From NCBI RefSeq assembly GCF_009914755.1, contig NC_060934.1: a stretch of 64,000 nucleotides of DNA. One strand, 5' to 3'. The notes beneath the pieces were generated by a model. It did not search any database. It saw nothing but the letters and a program-made list of their open reading frames with translations, and was not told where the DNA came from. This stretch comes from the human T2T-CHM13v2.0 reference genome, Homo sapiens. The position numbers were made by a program, and so were the translations under genes. Within the stretch, counting starts at the first letter, position 1, and the number at the start of each line of letters is the position of its first letter. Of the stretch, positions 13,301 through 26,603 are shown one piece after another.

Positions 13301-14432
13301 TGTTCTTAAACAGTGGTGGATGCAGAATAATTCCTCGAACTAAGTGGGGCCCACGTGGGAGTTCTAGCACTGTCATTCCTGTACCTTTCTCTCCCCAGTT
13401 TCCCTGCAGGTGGGCGATGCAGGTGCCCACCTTATCTCTTCTCCACCAAAACCTGTGCTCAGGAGAGAGACAAAGTGTCAATCATTTCTACTGAATATGA
13501 ATTTGTGGCCAGTGGGGTTTCCTTTTTAAAGCTTCATCAGTGATAGTGAAATATGATGTTACAGGACATCAGTGAGCACCAAGGGAATCATTTTAGAGAA
13601 GAAGCATTTGCTTCCCAGAAAGTCTGAAAACCCACTCTGTGGGCAACATGGGCAGCCAGCCACCCCTCTGCCCAGGACCAAGGAGCAGAGATGTGGCTAT
13701 TGCCTCTTGCAGCTCTTGTCTGTGCTGGATCCGTGTCCCTACCCCTTAAACAGCCCTGAGTAGAGCTGTGTCACAAAACAGCAACTGTGGGTACCTTGGA
13801 ACTGAAGTCCATGGAGGAGTTGAGGCATCGCTTTCTCAAAAGGAGCGACAACATTCCATTTACACAAAACAGTGGCCTAGTGGGGAAGGTTTCTTTTAAC
13901 AAACGATAGTGCTTTTTATTCAATGGTTTAATAATTAATCAGTGGAATGAAAGCTACATTTAAAGGAAGTGGATGGAAAATCGATAAGTAAATGCACATC
14001 ACTTCTTGTGAGAATAAAATAGGCTTCGGCAGCTGGAGCAATGAAAAGCTCTGTTGCAAACATGAATCCATCCCTTGCTCTTCCTTCCTGCTTCCCCTGT
14101 GTGCAGTAATTGAGGGGCCAAAGGGTGGGAGCATCTTCCCCATTTGTCACATAGACGGGGAAAGTCCCAGCCCACGAATGCTTTTTAAGGTTTTCAAAAA
14201 CAATGATTAAAAGACAGATGCGTTTTGGATGGGAAGCTGTATCTTTGTCTTTTTTCAAAAACAAACAAACAAAAAAAGTAGCAATGCAAGTTCTCCACCC
14301 TCTCAATCCCTCTATGCTTTAAAATACGAACAGAAATGGAAAACTGCAAAGCTTGAGACACCTATGCTCACTAGAGAAATATTTCCAGCTACTTCTGGTG
14401 AACACATTTAGGATGCATCTGACACCACCCTC

Positions 14433-14575
14433 AAAATATTGACTTTATGTTTCAGTGAATATGAGGATTTATCGTCCCTTGAGGTAAATATTGACCTCCG
14501 TACTGCCACAGTCAATATTTACTGTGCTTTTCATTTCGATAAATCTTGCTATTCACCCAAATGAGAATTCAGTGC
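14433..14575. repeat. Nested inverted repeat, probably a relic of an ancient palindromic DNA transposon
   Basis: Perfect 12-bp IR gtaaatattgac (14484-14495) / gtcaatatttac (14511-14522); outer 20-bp IR 14455-14474 / 14537-14556 with 17/20 match. Confidence 0.75.
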
Positions 14576-15697
14576 TGCTATGGCTAAACTAGCTGGAAGG
14601 AAAGAAGGCAGAGGAAGGCGAGTGCCCAGAAGCTGCATAACTCCACTCTGCATTTTCTGAAAAGGGGTCCCTGGCTAGCAGACACATCTCAGAGCAATTG
14701 TTAAATGGGTGTGATTTGCATTAGGCATTGCCCCCTCCCTTTTCACATTCTAACTTCTCCTATATACTATTTAACCCAGTTCCCTTGGTCCCGTGTAATT
14801 CAGTCAAAGAGAACCATCCCGATAGCTCTCTTCACTTTGGTGTACTGAAAAGGACTTGATTTGCTTAGTACCAGCTAATGGCTTGGCTTTGTGGAAGTCT
14901 CCCTGCCATACCTCGCTGTCAAAGGAATGCATTTCTAACTGTGGGATTCTGCAAACAGAGGCACATCCCTAAGGAAGCTGTTTTAAGAAGGACACGTCTG
15001 CCACATTCCATTCTATGGGCTGAATTCCAAAGAACTAAGATATTTCTTCAAACTCTGGCTAATCCTCTACACTCTGCTAAGGAGAGAGGAACTTTGGCAT
15101 TCCTGAATGAGTCCTTAGGACCCTACATTCATCCTCTCTTAGGAAGCTAAGACATCCATGAGTTGGTCTCCAACTCTCGTGTTCAGAATTGGAAAGTGAG
15201 TACAGCAGAGTGGGGATAAAGGGAGGGGTGATTAGAATCACCCCAGAGAGTGTAATGTCTGAGACACGGAACATGCAGCACACCTTTTAAATGCTCGTGG
15301 AGTGGATAAAATATATCAACATCCATTGGTTTGAGGACTATTCATACTTATCTAGATGGAGGTTGGTGTGATGTTGGTGTAGTGACCTTCTAAATATTCC
15401 CAGTAGGAAGAATAGAATTTTCTCAGCCTATTCTGAATAGTCCCCCAATCCTGACTATGAAAATTAATTCATTGTCCCAGAAGTTTGGCTTAGAAGATTT
15501 TCTAAACTTCAGTTCATTTGAAGTTTGGTTTTTAGTCTGAATATTTATACTTGTCTTTCAAAGAAGTCTGTGGACCACATTACTTATTATTTTTTTCTGA
15601 CTGATTTCACTTTCCTAGACCTCCATATACGTTATGAAAATTTTTAAGAGTTCAGTGATTTGCTGAATCATAGGTTGCCAGAGAAAAAATACTAGAA

Positions 15698-15800
15698 ATT
15701 ATCTGTTTCACTTTGGTTATTTTACAGATGAAATTGAGGCTTCTAATGCTGGTAAATATGAATACATTTACATTCTACTACCCACGCATTAAGCTGGATA
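15698..15800 (+). repeat. Local direct duplication A, copy 1 (pairs with 20361-20463)
   Basis: 103 bp ungapped, about 16 mismatches by eye. Confidence 0.9.
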
Positions 15801-18189
15801 GAAAGGGGGAATGTCATAAAGTGCAGGAATTTCAACAGATACTTTCCTAGAACATCATAAATGCCTGGAGCTGGTGGGAACAGAAGGAGGAGGGATCAAT
15901 TTTTAAATTTGGTTTAATTTGACATTTCCAACTATCTAAGTACACATTAAAGTTTTCGTCCTCTCTGCACATTTCTCTCCATTCTTAATTTTTAAAATTA
16001 CTCAATTTATAGATAAGAGAGTCAAATAAGTGATTTTAGAAGGCCCATAGTATTGATCTACTGTGCATTCATTTCAATGTGCTTTAACAGGAAATGTGTA
16101 GTCGTTTGTAAATCTGTCTTGGATGCTAAGTCCCTGAAGAAGGAAATACATCGGTCTCTGTCCAGCATCCCATCACCTTGTACATAGTGTTGGAAGCTTA
16201 TATCACTTGCAAGTGTATTTAAAAATAGAGTTGCTGGGCCTCAGATATGGTAGTTAAAGGAAACCCGCAACTGGGCATTGGAATCCTGTTGCAAAATACC
16301 TCGCAACGAATCCGGTAAGAGGCAGTGATGTTCCTGCAGCTGCACGGAGTAAGGACCAGATGCTTGTGTCTGTGGTTATAAAAGACAAACAAGCAAACGT
16401 GTGTTATTTCTCCAATCACCTACAGTTTAAAGAAGGAGCTGGAAAACATATTTTTTTAACCTACGAAGTTACTAGGAAATACAAAGACCTTGGCAAAATA
16501 GAGAAGCTGGCTGGCTTTCTTTGAAAACCTGACAAAATGCATTTATCTGACTCATCTTGATGTCTTCAATGGACTCACAGGTTGATAAACAAACAGGAGA
16601 GAACATCAATTCATCCTTTTATTTTCAGCTGTGCTTTCTGTGTACTTGACTGTCCATTATGTAAAGCTGAGAAGTGGCTCTTTGATTGTGTTCACATTTG
16701 ATTAAGAAACTCTGTGTTTGGCAGACCAAAATATACCAAACTGTTAATTGCTTTTTAAAGGAGAATTATGACACTTTTAACAAGCCACATATCTTACTGA
16801 GCCTTGTTAGAGTGGATGCTCTCATTCTGCGGAACTGTCTTATTTTGAGATTTGGGTCCCTAATTGCTTATAAACCATACTGTTTATTGAGTATTAACTG
16901 TGGCATGGCAGTTTATTATGGGAACTTATTGCTTAATGCCTATAAAAAGCAGTCTGAATGAGCTACTCTCTGCCTGTAGTGTCTCTGCTCCCCAAAACAC
17001 ACACACACATACACGCACTCACAAGCTCACAGGGCTACACTTAAGCTCATCAACTGCAAGAAGTATTGGCAGAATTACGCAGAGGCAAAGCTTAGGTAGC
17101 ACGTTGCTTGGTAACCAGCAAGTCCTCTGTCGATTCTTCAGGGTGTCAGCCATACATTTTCCTCTGCACATTACCTACAATGAAAAGGTCGGTGACCCAA
17201 TGAAATATCAGATCAAGTCAAACTATTAACTGGACAAATGCATTTAAAGTGCTCTTGTCCCCCGGTTGGGTCTGATTAGTATACATTATGGTCTTCTGAG
17301 GCAAGCATGAATCATTAATAGATTCAGACTCCGCTGCTCCCTGCAATGAAACATCATAACTCACTGTGGAGTAATGCAGTGTGTTGTGTTTATAAGATGT
17401 GGACCCTTCACTTAGTGTGATCTACAGTGTTGTTATTTTGTGGTAAGAACATAGCTCCTTCTGTTTTTGTTTTTGTTTTTTTTTAACATTAGTAAATAGT
17501 GTTTGTCATTGCGTTAAAAAAGAAAGAAAAATCTTTCCCCAGAAAAATCGTTCCCTGCCTGCCTGTGCCTGCATGGGGGAGGGGAGAGTAGCTTGGCCCG
17601 TAAATAGATGCATTGTTTTTTTGCTCACTCTATGAAACTTTTTTTAACCTCCTCCAGTTTAAAGTCAATTGTAATAGACCCAGGCAGGAAGAATCTCAAT
17701 TCTGAAAATTAAAGAAAGGCAAACAATCTCAAGACAAAATTCCCGGAATTGAGTTTGAACTCTGACCTCTCCTTGTCTTCTTCCCTCTTCGGTGACTGTG
17801 CTGTGGCAGCCAGTTGGTTTTTGTATGAGAACCTAGAAACTGGGAATGTCTCCAGCTCTGCTTTCTCCCCCTGTGGCTAGAACCAGAAACTGAAGCTTCT
17901 GTGAGCTCAGCCATTTGTAATTTGACCTCTATGTGTCTAAATTAAGCTCACCGGGCAAAAGTGACTGTATGGTAGAACTTGGGTTTGATTATCCCTGCTA
18001 CCCCTAATAACCCTATTTAATCCACATAAACACATTTTGTGGTGGGAAGAGGGAATACAGAACAGTATGATTTGCACGCAGCAGCGCTGAAACATTAATA
18101 CTTACCCTGGAAAGTACTCCCAGCTCCAGCCGACAGCCAGCTATTCTGACACTCATGACTATTGGGTAAACTGAAACACTATCTGACAC

Positions 18190-18255
18190 GTCAGTCTAGC
18201 AGGCATGTGCTGAACACCTACTGTGTGCTAGGCACGGTGGGTGCTAGGATCCAAG
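18190..18255 (-). mobile_element. L2 3'-end fragment
   Basis: gaacacctactgtgtgctaggcacggtgggtgctagga. Confidence 0.6.
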
Positions 18256-19076
18256 ACGACGCTCTCAGCCTGCACATCCAACCACAGCGGCAGACGTGGG
18301 AGGAGCTTAGTCCTGCAGCCGCGTGAGTTCCTTTACTTGGTTGAGTGGCAGGAATCTAGCCAAGAGGATGCCCATATCAATTTCTAAAGAGTTCATTCCA
18401 CCCACAGTTCAAAAAAAAAAATGATGTATTTATTTTTCCATGGGAGTTAAGGAAGAAAACGCCCCAAACAAATGGAACTGGATAACTTGTAAAGAAAGAT
18501 GATGGCTAACCTCGTGAAATGTTGGGCGACGTTTCATTCTGTTCTGTAATGCAGAGTTCAGCAGTTTCCATTCTTTGCTTTCCTTTCTCTTTTTGCCTTT
18601 ACTTTGTGTGCTTGCCTCTAGTCTATTTCACAGGGTCCACAGAATTAGGGACCTGGACACTGCCTCTCAGGGAAATCATTACCAAGTCCCCGGTGCTTAA
18701 AGTTCCTATCACACAGTAGCAGCTCCTACATGTGTCTTCCTTCTCATTTTCTCTAGTATATAGCCACTGCTCTTCAGAGCTGCTACCAGTTGGAGCTGCC
18801 ATTTAAGAAAGTATATACATAACAGGTACCAAATCTCTGAAATCCTGAAACTCTGGCTATGTACATCTATCACATTTCCGCTGTTTACAACTCCATGTCA
18901 AACGTATGTTTGTTAAAGCTACCTTTATTTCCAAGAATGTGGCAGCCGCGGGCATTGACTTCGGAGGCATAGCAAAGTTTCTCGACATCTGACTGTGCCA
19001 CATAGCTCATGTAGTCCATCTGTCCTTTCAGAAGTGTCCCCAACCTGTAGTCATCTGGGTAAACCACCAACTTTAT

Positions 19077-19440
19077 TGTTATGGGCTGAATTACATCCCC
19101 TAAAATTCACATGTTATACTCCTGACCCCCATTCACTCTGAATTTACAAATGTAATTAAATTCCAATGAGGTCATTAGGCTGGGCCTTCATCCGATCTGA
19201 CTTGTGTCTATATAAGAAGAGGAGATTGGGACACAGACACACACCAAGGAAAGACAACGTGAAGACACAAAGAGAAGGCACCATTTGCAAGCCAAGGAGA
19301 GAGGCCTCAGAAGGAACCAACCCTGCCAACGTCTTGATCTTGGTCTGCCAAGCCTCCAGAATGATGAGAAAATACATTCTTGTTGTTTAAACCTCCCAGT
19401 CTATGCTACTTTGTTATGGTAGCCCTAGCACACTAGTATA
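19077..19440 (+). mobile_element. MLT1A/MLT1B MaLR solo LTR
   Basis: tgttatgggctgaatt start; gcaagccaaggagagaggcctcagaaggaaccaaccctgcc; ttgttatggtagccctagcacactagtata end. Confidence 0.9.
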
Positions 19441-20360
19441 TTCATGCTTACAACAGTATCAGATTGCAGAGAAAGAAACATCAAAACATGAAATCAAGTG
19501 TTAGACTAAATTTCACTGTGCTTCAGGACAAATAGCACCCGTGGACAAATACATGTGCTTAAATGTTTATCTGGATTAGTGTCCAGATGAAGCCAATGGG
19601 CTTTAGTTTCTATCTTGGCTACAAAGCAGTGCGGGCAAAGGGCCATGCCAGGCCATTTGGTCTGTTTCTCTTCTGTTGACATCAAGGACACCCACTTGGA
19701 AGATGCTGGTTTGCCACCTCTAAGCATATCCATGTGAACATGAGATTCATTCTGAATACAAAAGGAAATTGGGAATGCCAAAGGAAGGACTTGGGCCGAG
19801 ACCAGGAGGGAAAACTGGCATTCGTCCAGTTAGAAGACCTACGCAATGATAGAAAATGCAATCTCCAGCAAGTCCCTCATTCCATTATGTCTCTGTGTAA
19901 TGGGAGACATAACACCTCCTTTCCTATATTAACAGTCAGAGGAGAGGTCATAAAACAACACAGTGTATGTATTAGGCCAAAAGCTGGAACGGAGGCTGAT
20001 GAATGTACCAGGAAAGGACCATTAGCAAAATGATGGATTAAAGTTCTGTTTACATTTCTATTGGGATGGATCCTCGCTTGTTAGTTTAAGTAATCCTGTG
20101 CTTTGATTATAGCCATCAGCACATAAAAACAGGCTCTGTTAACCTCGAAGGTGTAAAATTCTAATGTGCTCATAGAAACTCAAGAACACTATCATTCACT
20201 GAAGTACTGGGGACTCCGAAAGAATGAAGGAGCCCTTAGTTTAAAAAAATAATTAAAGTTGTCAAGAAAGGCAAAAATAGGCCCATGGTCTATGAATAGC
20301 TCATTTTGCATTCTTTAGGTACATGGATCTGCTTCTTCCATTAGGTCTGTAAGACCGAGG

Positions 20361-20463
20361 ATTATCTATTTCAATTTGGTCATTCTACAGATGAAATTGA
20401 GTATTCTAATGCTGACAAGTATAAATACATTTATCTTCTACTACCCACAGGTAAAGCTGGATA
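20361..20463 (+). repeat. Local direct duplication A, copy 2
   Basis: Aligns without gaps to 15698-15800. Confidence 0.9.
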
Positions 20464-20688
20464 TTTCCTAGCTTGTGACACAATATTTTTTATTTCCTAC
20501 TCTGTAGCTATACACACCCCACTTCCAGCTCCCTTTCTTGTAGAATTTACCTCCTCCCAGAAGAGCTGAAAACACTAGATACTTTCCAAGGCTCCTTCCA
20601 TTCTTCTGTTGCAGCTAGAGCATGGGCATGTGATGCAACCCAATCCTAGCCAATGAACAAGAGAGGAAGTCTGCTGAGAGTTTGGGGG

Positions 20689-21063
20689 TGTATTAGCCCA
20701 TTCTTGCACTGCAATAAAAAATACTTGAAACTGGGTAATTTATAGAGGAAAGAGGTTTAATTGGCTCACAGTTCCACAGGCTGTACAGGAAGCATTGCTG
20801 AGAAGGCCTCAGGAAATTTACAATCATGGCAGAAGGTGAAGGGGAAGCATGCACGTCTTACGTGGCTGCAACAGGAGTAAGAAAGATGGGGGAGGTCCTC
20901 CACACTTTTAAACAACCACATATCATGAGAACTCTATCAGGAGAACAGCACCAAAGGGGGAAATCCACTCCCATGATCCAATTGTCTCCCACCCGGCCCC
21001 TCCTGCATTGGGGATTACAATTAACATAAGATTTGGGTGGGGACACAGATTCGAACCATATCA
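20689..21063 (-). mobile_element. MSTA-like MaLR solo LTR
   Basis: tgtattagcccattcttgcactgc...tttgggtggggacacagattcgaaccatatca. Confidence 0.9.
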
Positions 21064-21209
21064 GCAGGACTTCTAAGAAAGGTTGAATTCCTTAATAAAA
21101 AGAGTAATAGATGAAATGCTCCATTTCTTCTTGGGTCGATAAAAGTCACATCTATATGTGAGGTCAGGAGTAGTCAATTGCAAGTATGAGGGCATGAGCC
21201 TAAGGTCCA

Positions 21210-21291
21210 AGCCATGACACCAAGAAAGTCTGAGTCACGACACCAAGAAAGTCTGAGCCATGAAACCAAGAAAGTCTGAGCCATAACACCA
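21210..21291. repeat. 23-bp minisatellite, about 3.5 copies
   Basis: Unit (g)agccatgacaccaagaaagtct. Confidence 0.95.
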
Positions 21292-23248
21292 GAGATCATA
21301 TCCCAGAAAGATGGGACGAGCTTCAGTCCTTGAACACATCCACAAGCCACTGAACGAACCTGAGAACTGTCTGCCTGGACTTCAAGTCATGTAGGAAAAT
21401 AAATGTCCTCATTGTTTAAGCCACTTTTGGAAGGTTTTCTTTACTTCCATTTGAAAACATTCTAATATACATGTGGCTTTTACAGGAATCGGGACTGTTG
21501 CAATCCTAGTAAGTTGTGTAGTAGTTTCTCTAACTAGAGTCAAACATGACAGAGTCACCAGAGCATGAAAGTTTAGAGCTGAATGAACCTTAGAGCTCAT
21601 TTTATACATGAGGAAACTAACGACATAAGGTTAAATGATTGATTCATTCTAGTTCTTGCATCTTTTCTCTCCCACCCAGGTCCTGGGAAGTTTATTGGCT
21701 AAAGTTCACACTTCAAGCTGCCCAGTGCTTCCCAAGGCAGACCACAACTTCTGAACCAAAAGAGACCAGGAAAATCGCCTGGACTTGCTAAATATCATTG
21801 AATGGAATTCCATAGGTGGTCATTCAATGATGTTCTCTCCTGAACACACATTTTCTAGAAAAATCTTAATCTATAATTCAGGACATTCCTCAAGCTCCTG
21901 GGGAATTGCGGAAATAGAAAAAAAAAGTAGCCACTGTCCTTTTTCATACTGTCCAAGAGTGAACATATGAAACGTTATTCAGTCTAATTCTCTGCTGCGT
22001 GAGCTGAAAGGAATCATGGGCTAGGAAATCCAGGAATAGTGATAGTCATCACAATATTGATGTGAATTTTACAAATTAGAAACTACAAACACACACACAC
22101 AAACACACACACACATATACATTTTTTAATCTTCTACTCAGCATTACCTTGTAATACAGGCAAGAAATATTACTTTTGCTAACGTAGAGAGAGAAAAAAA
22201 ATAACTGAGGCTCAAATTGTTAAAGACCAACGTGATCTGGTAAGCCCAGTTTTTCACTTTGATTAGTGGCTTCCTGTTTACTTTCTAACAAAAGTATAGC
22301 TATTTTATTTTAGAAGAGCCTAATAACATTCCTTGACTGGAACTAAAAAAAAAAAGAAAAAATGCTAGCAACGATTTCAGCCTCCTCCCTAAAAACAAAT
22401 CAAGGGAAACTCAATGTTCCTTTTTTGTGCCTGGAAGGAGATGCTGTTTAGTTAAGCTCAGCTCTCAACCACGGACAAGGGTGAGCAATGGGCTGGCCAT
22501 GATTCAATATAATCTGTCTTCCTCTAACCTAAGTGCTCTTATAAACAATACAAATTAATGTTCTACTTCATAAGATAGATGCCCGTAAAGTGCTTGTTAT
22601 TATGGAAATGTTTCATGCGTGACCATCAGCAATGTCAAGACATGAGAGATTATGTTCCCAAGAAGGCGTTATTAGTTTGAGTTTAATTTGGTTTATTGGG
22701 CAGTACACTTAAAGCACAGGAGAAATGATTATTGCCAGTAACAATAACAATGATGATAGCTGGCATGTTTCTGCCCCTTAGGCAACAATTCTGGTATGAA
22801 ACCTGGTTCTTCTTGATTTCTTCATTGCCCAAGCACTTAGGGCTCAAATAGGCCAGGAACAATTTTATCGAATGCCTACTACAATCAAGGTACTTTCCTA
22901 GGCACTGTTGGCATTTATTGAGTGCCTTCTGTGTCCAAGAATCTTTATTATCATTATTTCTAAATTCCCAACAATCTGTCCTGGCGCCTATGATTATCTG
23001 CCTTTTGCAAATGGTAAAAGAAACTAAAAGAATTTAGGAGCCTGTCCTCCTAGAACATATACTCTTCAGCTCACATGTCTCAAAAGGCATAAGACTATCA
23101 ACTAATACAATTGGAAAACTTGCTTTAACATCATGACATTACCAATTGAACAGCCCCACTTCGAAAATAAATTAAATTGACATATTAATCTGTTGCTTTC
23201 TGTAACAGGGTTTTATTTTAACATGCCTTAAAAACTGCTTCTGTGTAA

Positions 23249-23347
23249 TGTAATCCCAGCACTTTAGGTGGTCAAAGCAAGAGGATCACTTGAGCCCAGG
23301 AGTTTAAGGCCAGCTTGGGAAACATGGTGAGACCCCGTCTCTTCAAA
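23249..23347 (+). mobile_element. FLAM / AluJ left monomer, 5' truncated
   Basis: tgtaatcccagcacttt...gaggatcacttgagcccaggagttt. Confidence 0.85.
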
Positions 23348-23354
23348 TCTTACG

Positions 23355-23871
<517 letters not shown>

Positions 23872-23959
23872 GCCCCCTATGACCTTTGAGTTTTAAATAA
23901 TCTTGGCTATTCTAACACTTTCAGAGGAATGAGACGCACAGCTCTTACGATTCTCTCTT

Positions 23960-24186
23960 TGAAGCCACATATTTCCCTGAAATGCTTCATGGACATTCGT
24001 CTGACCCTGCTTAATAGCATGTATCATGTTAAATCATTCTATTTTTATTTGTGTGACTACTTAATGTATGCATTTCATCTACATGGTCAGCTCCCTGTGG
24101 GCAAGAATCCCAGTGTTTTGCATCCCAGTGAGTTCCCAGAGCTGACGAGGGCCTCACCATTTAGGAGTGTGTGGATGAATGAATGG
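23960..24186 (+). mobile_element. L2 3' end
   Basis: gtcagctccctgtgggcaagaa...ggatgaatgaatg tail. Confidence 0.6.
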
Positions 24187-24687
24187 CAGAACCAACAGCT
24201 TATTGCATGTTACAGTTTGTGAAAATTCTTTCAACATCTTGTTTTCAAAGGTCCCTTATAATGAATATAGAAGGTATGTAGAGTAAGGGTCATTTTACAG
24301 GGCAAGAAACTGTGGCACAGGGCAATTGGTAAAAAAAAAAAAAAAAAAAAAAAATCCTAAAGCTGGTAAAGGGTGGATTTAAGACTCAAATCCAGACCTT
24401 CTCTCTCTCTGTCTCTCCCTACCTTGTCTTTTTAGTATTTTCCCTACTTTAGACCTTATACACACAGGCACTTTTCCTGTACCCAAACTACCTAACCAAA
24501 GAAGCAAGGTTTCAGCTGGTCATTTCTTGAATGATCACAGAACAGGCCCAAATGGTATGCAGGGCTTTGATTCAAGTGGTCCCGAACTCAGCTGGGAGAA
24601 GTGTTCTCATCACGGATGACACAGAGTATAGAGCTGAGAGCGCAGGCCTGAACACGTCCTGTTCAACCCTCAAGATCTGTGTAGCAT

Positions 24688-24916
24688 GAACGCATCAGGG
24701 GAAACAACACACACTGGGGCCTGTGGGGAGTGGGGGGAGGGAGAGCATCAGGAAGAAGAGCTGATGGATGCGGCGCTTAATAACTGGGTGATGGGTTGAT
24801 CTGTGCAGCTAACCACCATGGCACACATTTACCTATATAACAAACCTGCACATCCTGTACATGTACCCAGGAACTTAAAATAAAATTTAAAGAAACAAAT
24901 ATAAAATAAAATAAAA
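24688..24916 (+). mobile_element. 5'-truncated L1PA (about PA13-16) 3' end with TSD
   Basis: aaccaccatggcacacatttacc...aacttaaaataaaa tail; TSD tctgtgtagcat at 24676-24687 and 24920-24931. Confidence 0.92.
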
Positions 24917-25554
24917 TGGTCTGTGTAGCATAGGCTTGGTGAGCCTTGCATTTGCAGGGTAGCTGAAATGGGTCAGGGTCCTCAAGTTTACTCTTGGGGA
25001 AACTGAGCAGGGGCACACTGCGAAAACATACCAGCTTTTTTTTTGTTTATGTCCCAGGTGTATGACTCAAACTGTTAGATGCTACCTAACAGAATCTAAT
25101 AGCGTCTATTAATTGCACCAAGCTGCCCTACCTTGCTAAGATGGAGCTGGAACATGGGATCTTTCTGAAGTATCTATACAGTATCACATGCCAGTCAGAT
25201 GCCTTATTCACACTGGCCTTTAATTTTCTCATCTTGATTTTTCACGTCTCAGTGTCTGCCCTGTAATCTATGCCATCTACTCGTGGTATCTACCTCTGAG
25301 CTTTGTGGCTGCTTGCCCCTCAGTACTGCACCAATCTCCATGTAATGATTTCAAAGATGCAATGTAAAAATGCAAAATAAGCTTATTTCTCCTCCCTTGA
25401 GAATGTGAACTCAGCCCTCTGTTCCTTTGCTTTTGCTATCTGTTATTTCCCCGAGAATGGCCACATTCTCTTGCTCTCCTTTTCTCCCATCTCCGTAACT
25501 GCCCCAGCCTCACTGAGAGCCTCCTTCCCTAAGACCCTATGGGCATCGCTGAGC

Positions 25555-26200
25555 TGGTAGAAGTGCAGTGTGGTGCCCTTGGAGCACACCAGCCTTGGAG
25601 TCCTAGGATCTGAGTTTGGATTCTGTCTCAGTCACTGTTAAACTGTGTGACCACTGGCAGGCTGTGGGCCCCTGCTTTCTTTTGGATGTTTGTCACCAAA
25701 CCTCATGTTGAAATTTCATCCTCAAGGTTGGAGGCGGGGCCTAATGGGAGGTGATTGGGTCATAGAGGTGGATCCCTCATGAATAGATGAATGCCCTCCC
25801 TTAGGGGTGATTGAGTTCTTGCTCTATTCATTCCTGCATGAACTGGTTGTTAAAAGAGCCTGGCCATTCCCCACCACTCTTGCTTCCTCTCTCACCACAT
25901 GATTTTTGCACACACAGGCTCCCCTTCGCCTTCCACGATGAGTGGGAGATTCCTGAGACCCTCATCAGAAGCAAATGTTGACACCATGCTTCTTGTCTGC
26001 AGAAACACGAACCAATCTTCTTTGCTTTATAAATTATCCGGCCTCAGGTATTCCTTTATAACAACACAAATGGACTAAGACAAGCCCTTTAGGCCTCAGT
26101 TTCCACATCTCATGCATAATAACAAGGCTTATTTATGTTTTGGGAGTAGTAGAAATAATGTATGCAAAAGGACCACTGAACAAGTAGTGACAGTCATTAC
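25555..26200 (+). mobile_element. MIR split by an MST LTR
   Basis: ggagtcctaggatctgagttt...tgtgtgacc on the left; ggcctcagtttccacatct on the right. Confidence 0.65.
25673..26082 (+). mobile_element. MSTB-like MaLR solo LTR
   Basis: ctcatgttgaaattt...ggatccctcatgaatag...cacaaatggactaagaca. Confidence 0.9.
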
Positions 26201-26603
26201 TAATTAGTAACTGTGTTAAATGATACATTAGTTATTTCCATCCTCTTGCAACCTCCCTGAGAGAATGCAGGTTCTAGTGGATGGGGTCCCTGTCTTGTGC
26301 TTCAAGCAAGATGTGCTTCAGCAAACAACTCCCTGGCTGCAATTTCCAAGATCTGGACTGTTTTCCCAAAATTATTCTTCCTGTCTTTTTTTAGGTATCT
26401 ATTTTTTTTCTTACTTGAAATGCTATTTGGCATTCTACAAAGCATTCAAATGAGGAATTCTGAGTGCATCTCCAAGATCCACCTGCACTTCCTCATTCAG
26501 CCCCTTTATAACTAATGTTTGTGCCAGAGGCCATCTCGAGTCTGTGGCCATAGGTGTGTGGCATTTAGTGACCTTCGAGAAGCTCAAAACAATGATCTAA
26601 GGA

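Larger units (their letters stand above)
20500..21471 (+). mobile_element. Old MLT1 (J/K-like) LTR interrupted by an MST LTR and a minisatellite
   Basis: ttgcagctagagcatgggcatgtga...cctagccaatga; aaataaatgtcctcattgtttaagccact...ctaatataca end. Confidence 0.6.

Noticed and set aside
18098-18110. atacttaccctgg resembling the U1 snRNA 5' end
   Set aside because: Similarity stops after about 12 nt with no U1 body; better read as a minus-strand donor.
21210-21291. Short direct repeats as a CRISPR-like array
   Set aside because: Units are contiguous with no unique spacers, the context is eukaryotic, and there are no cas genes.
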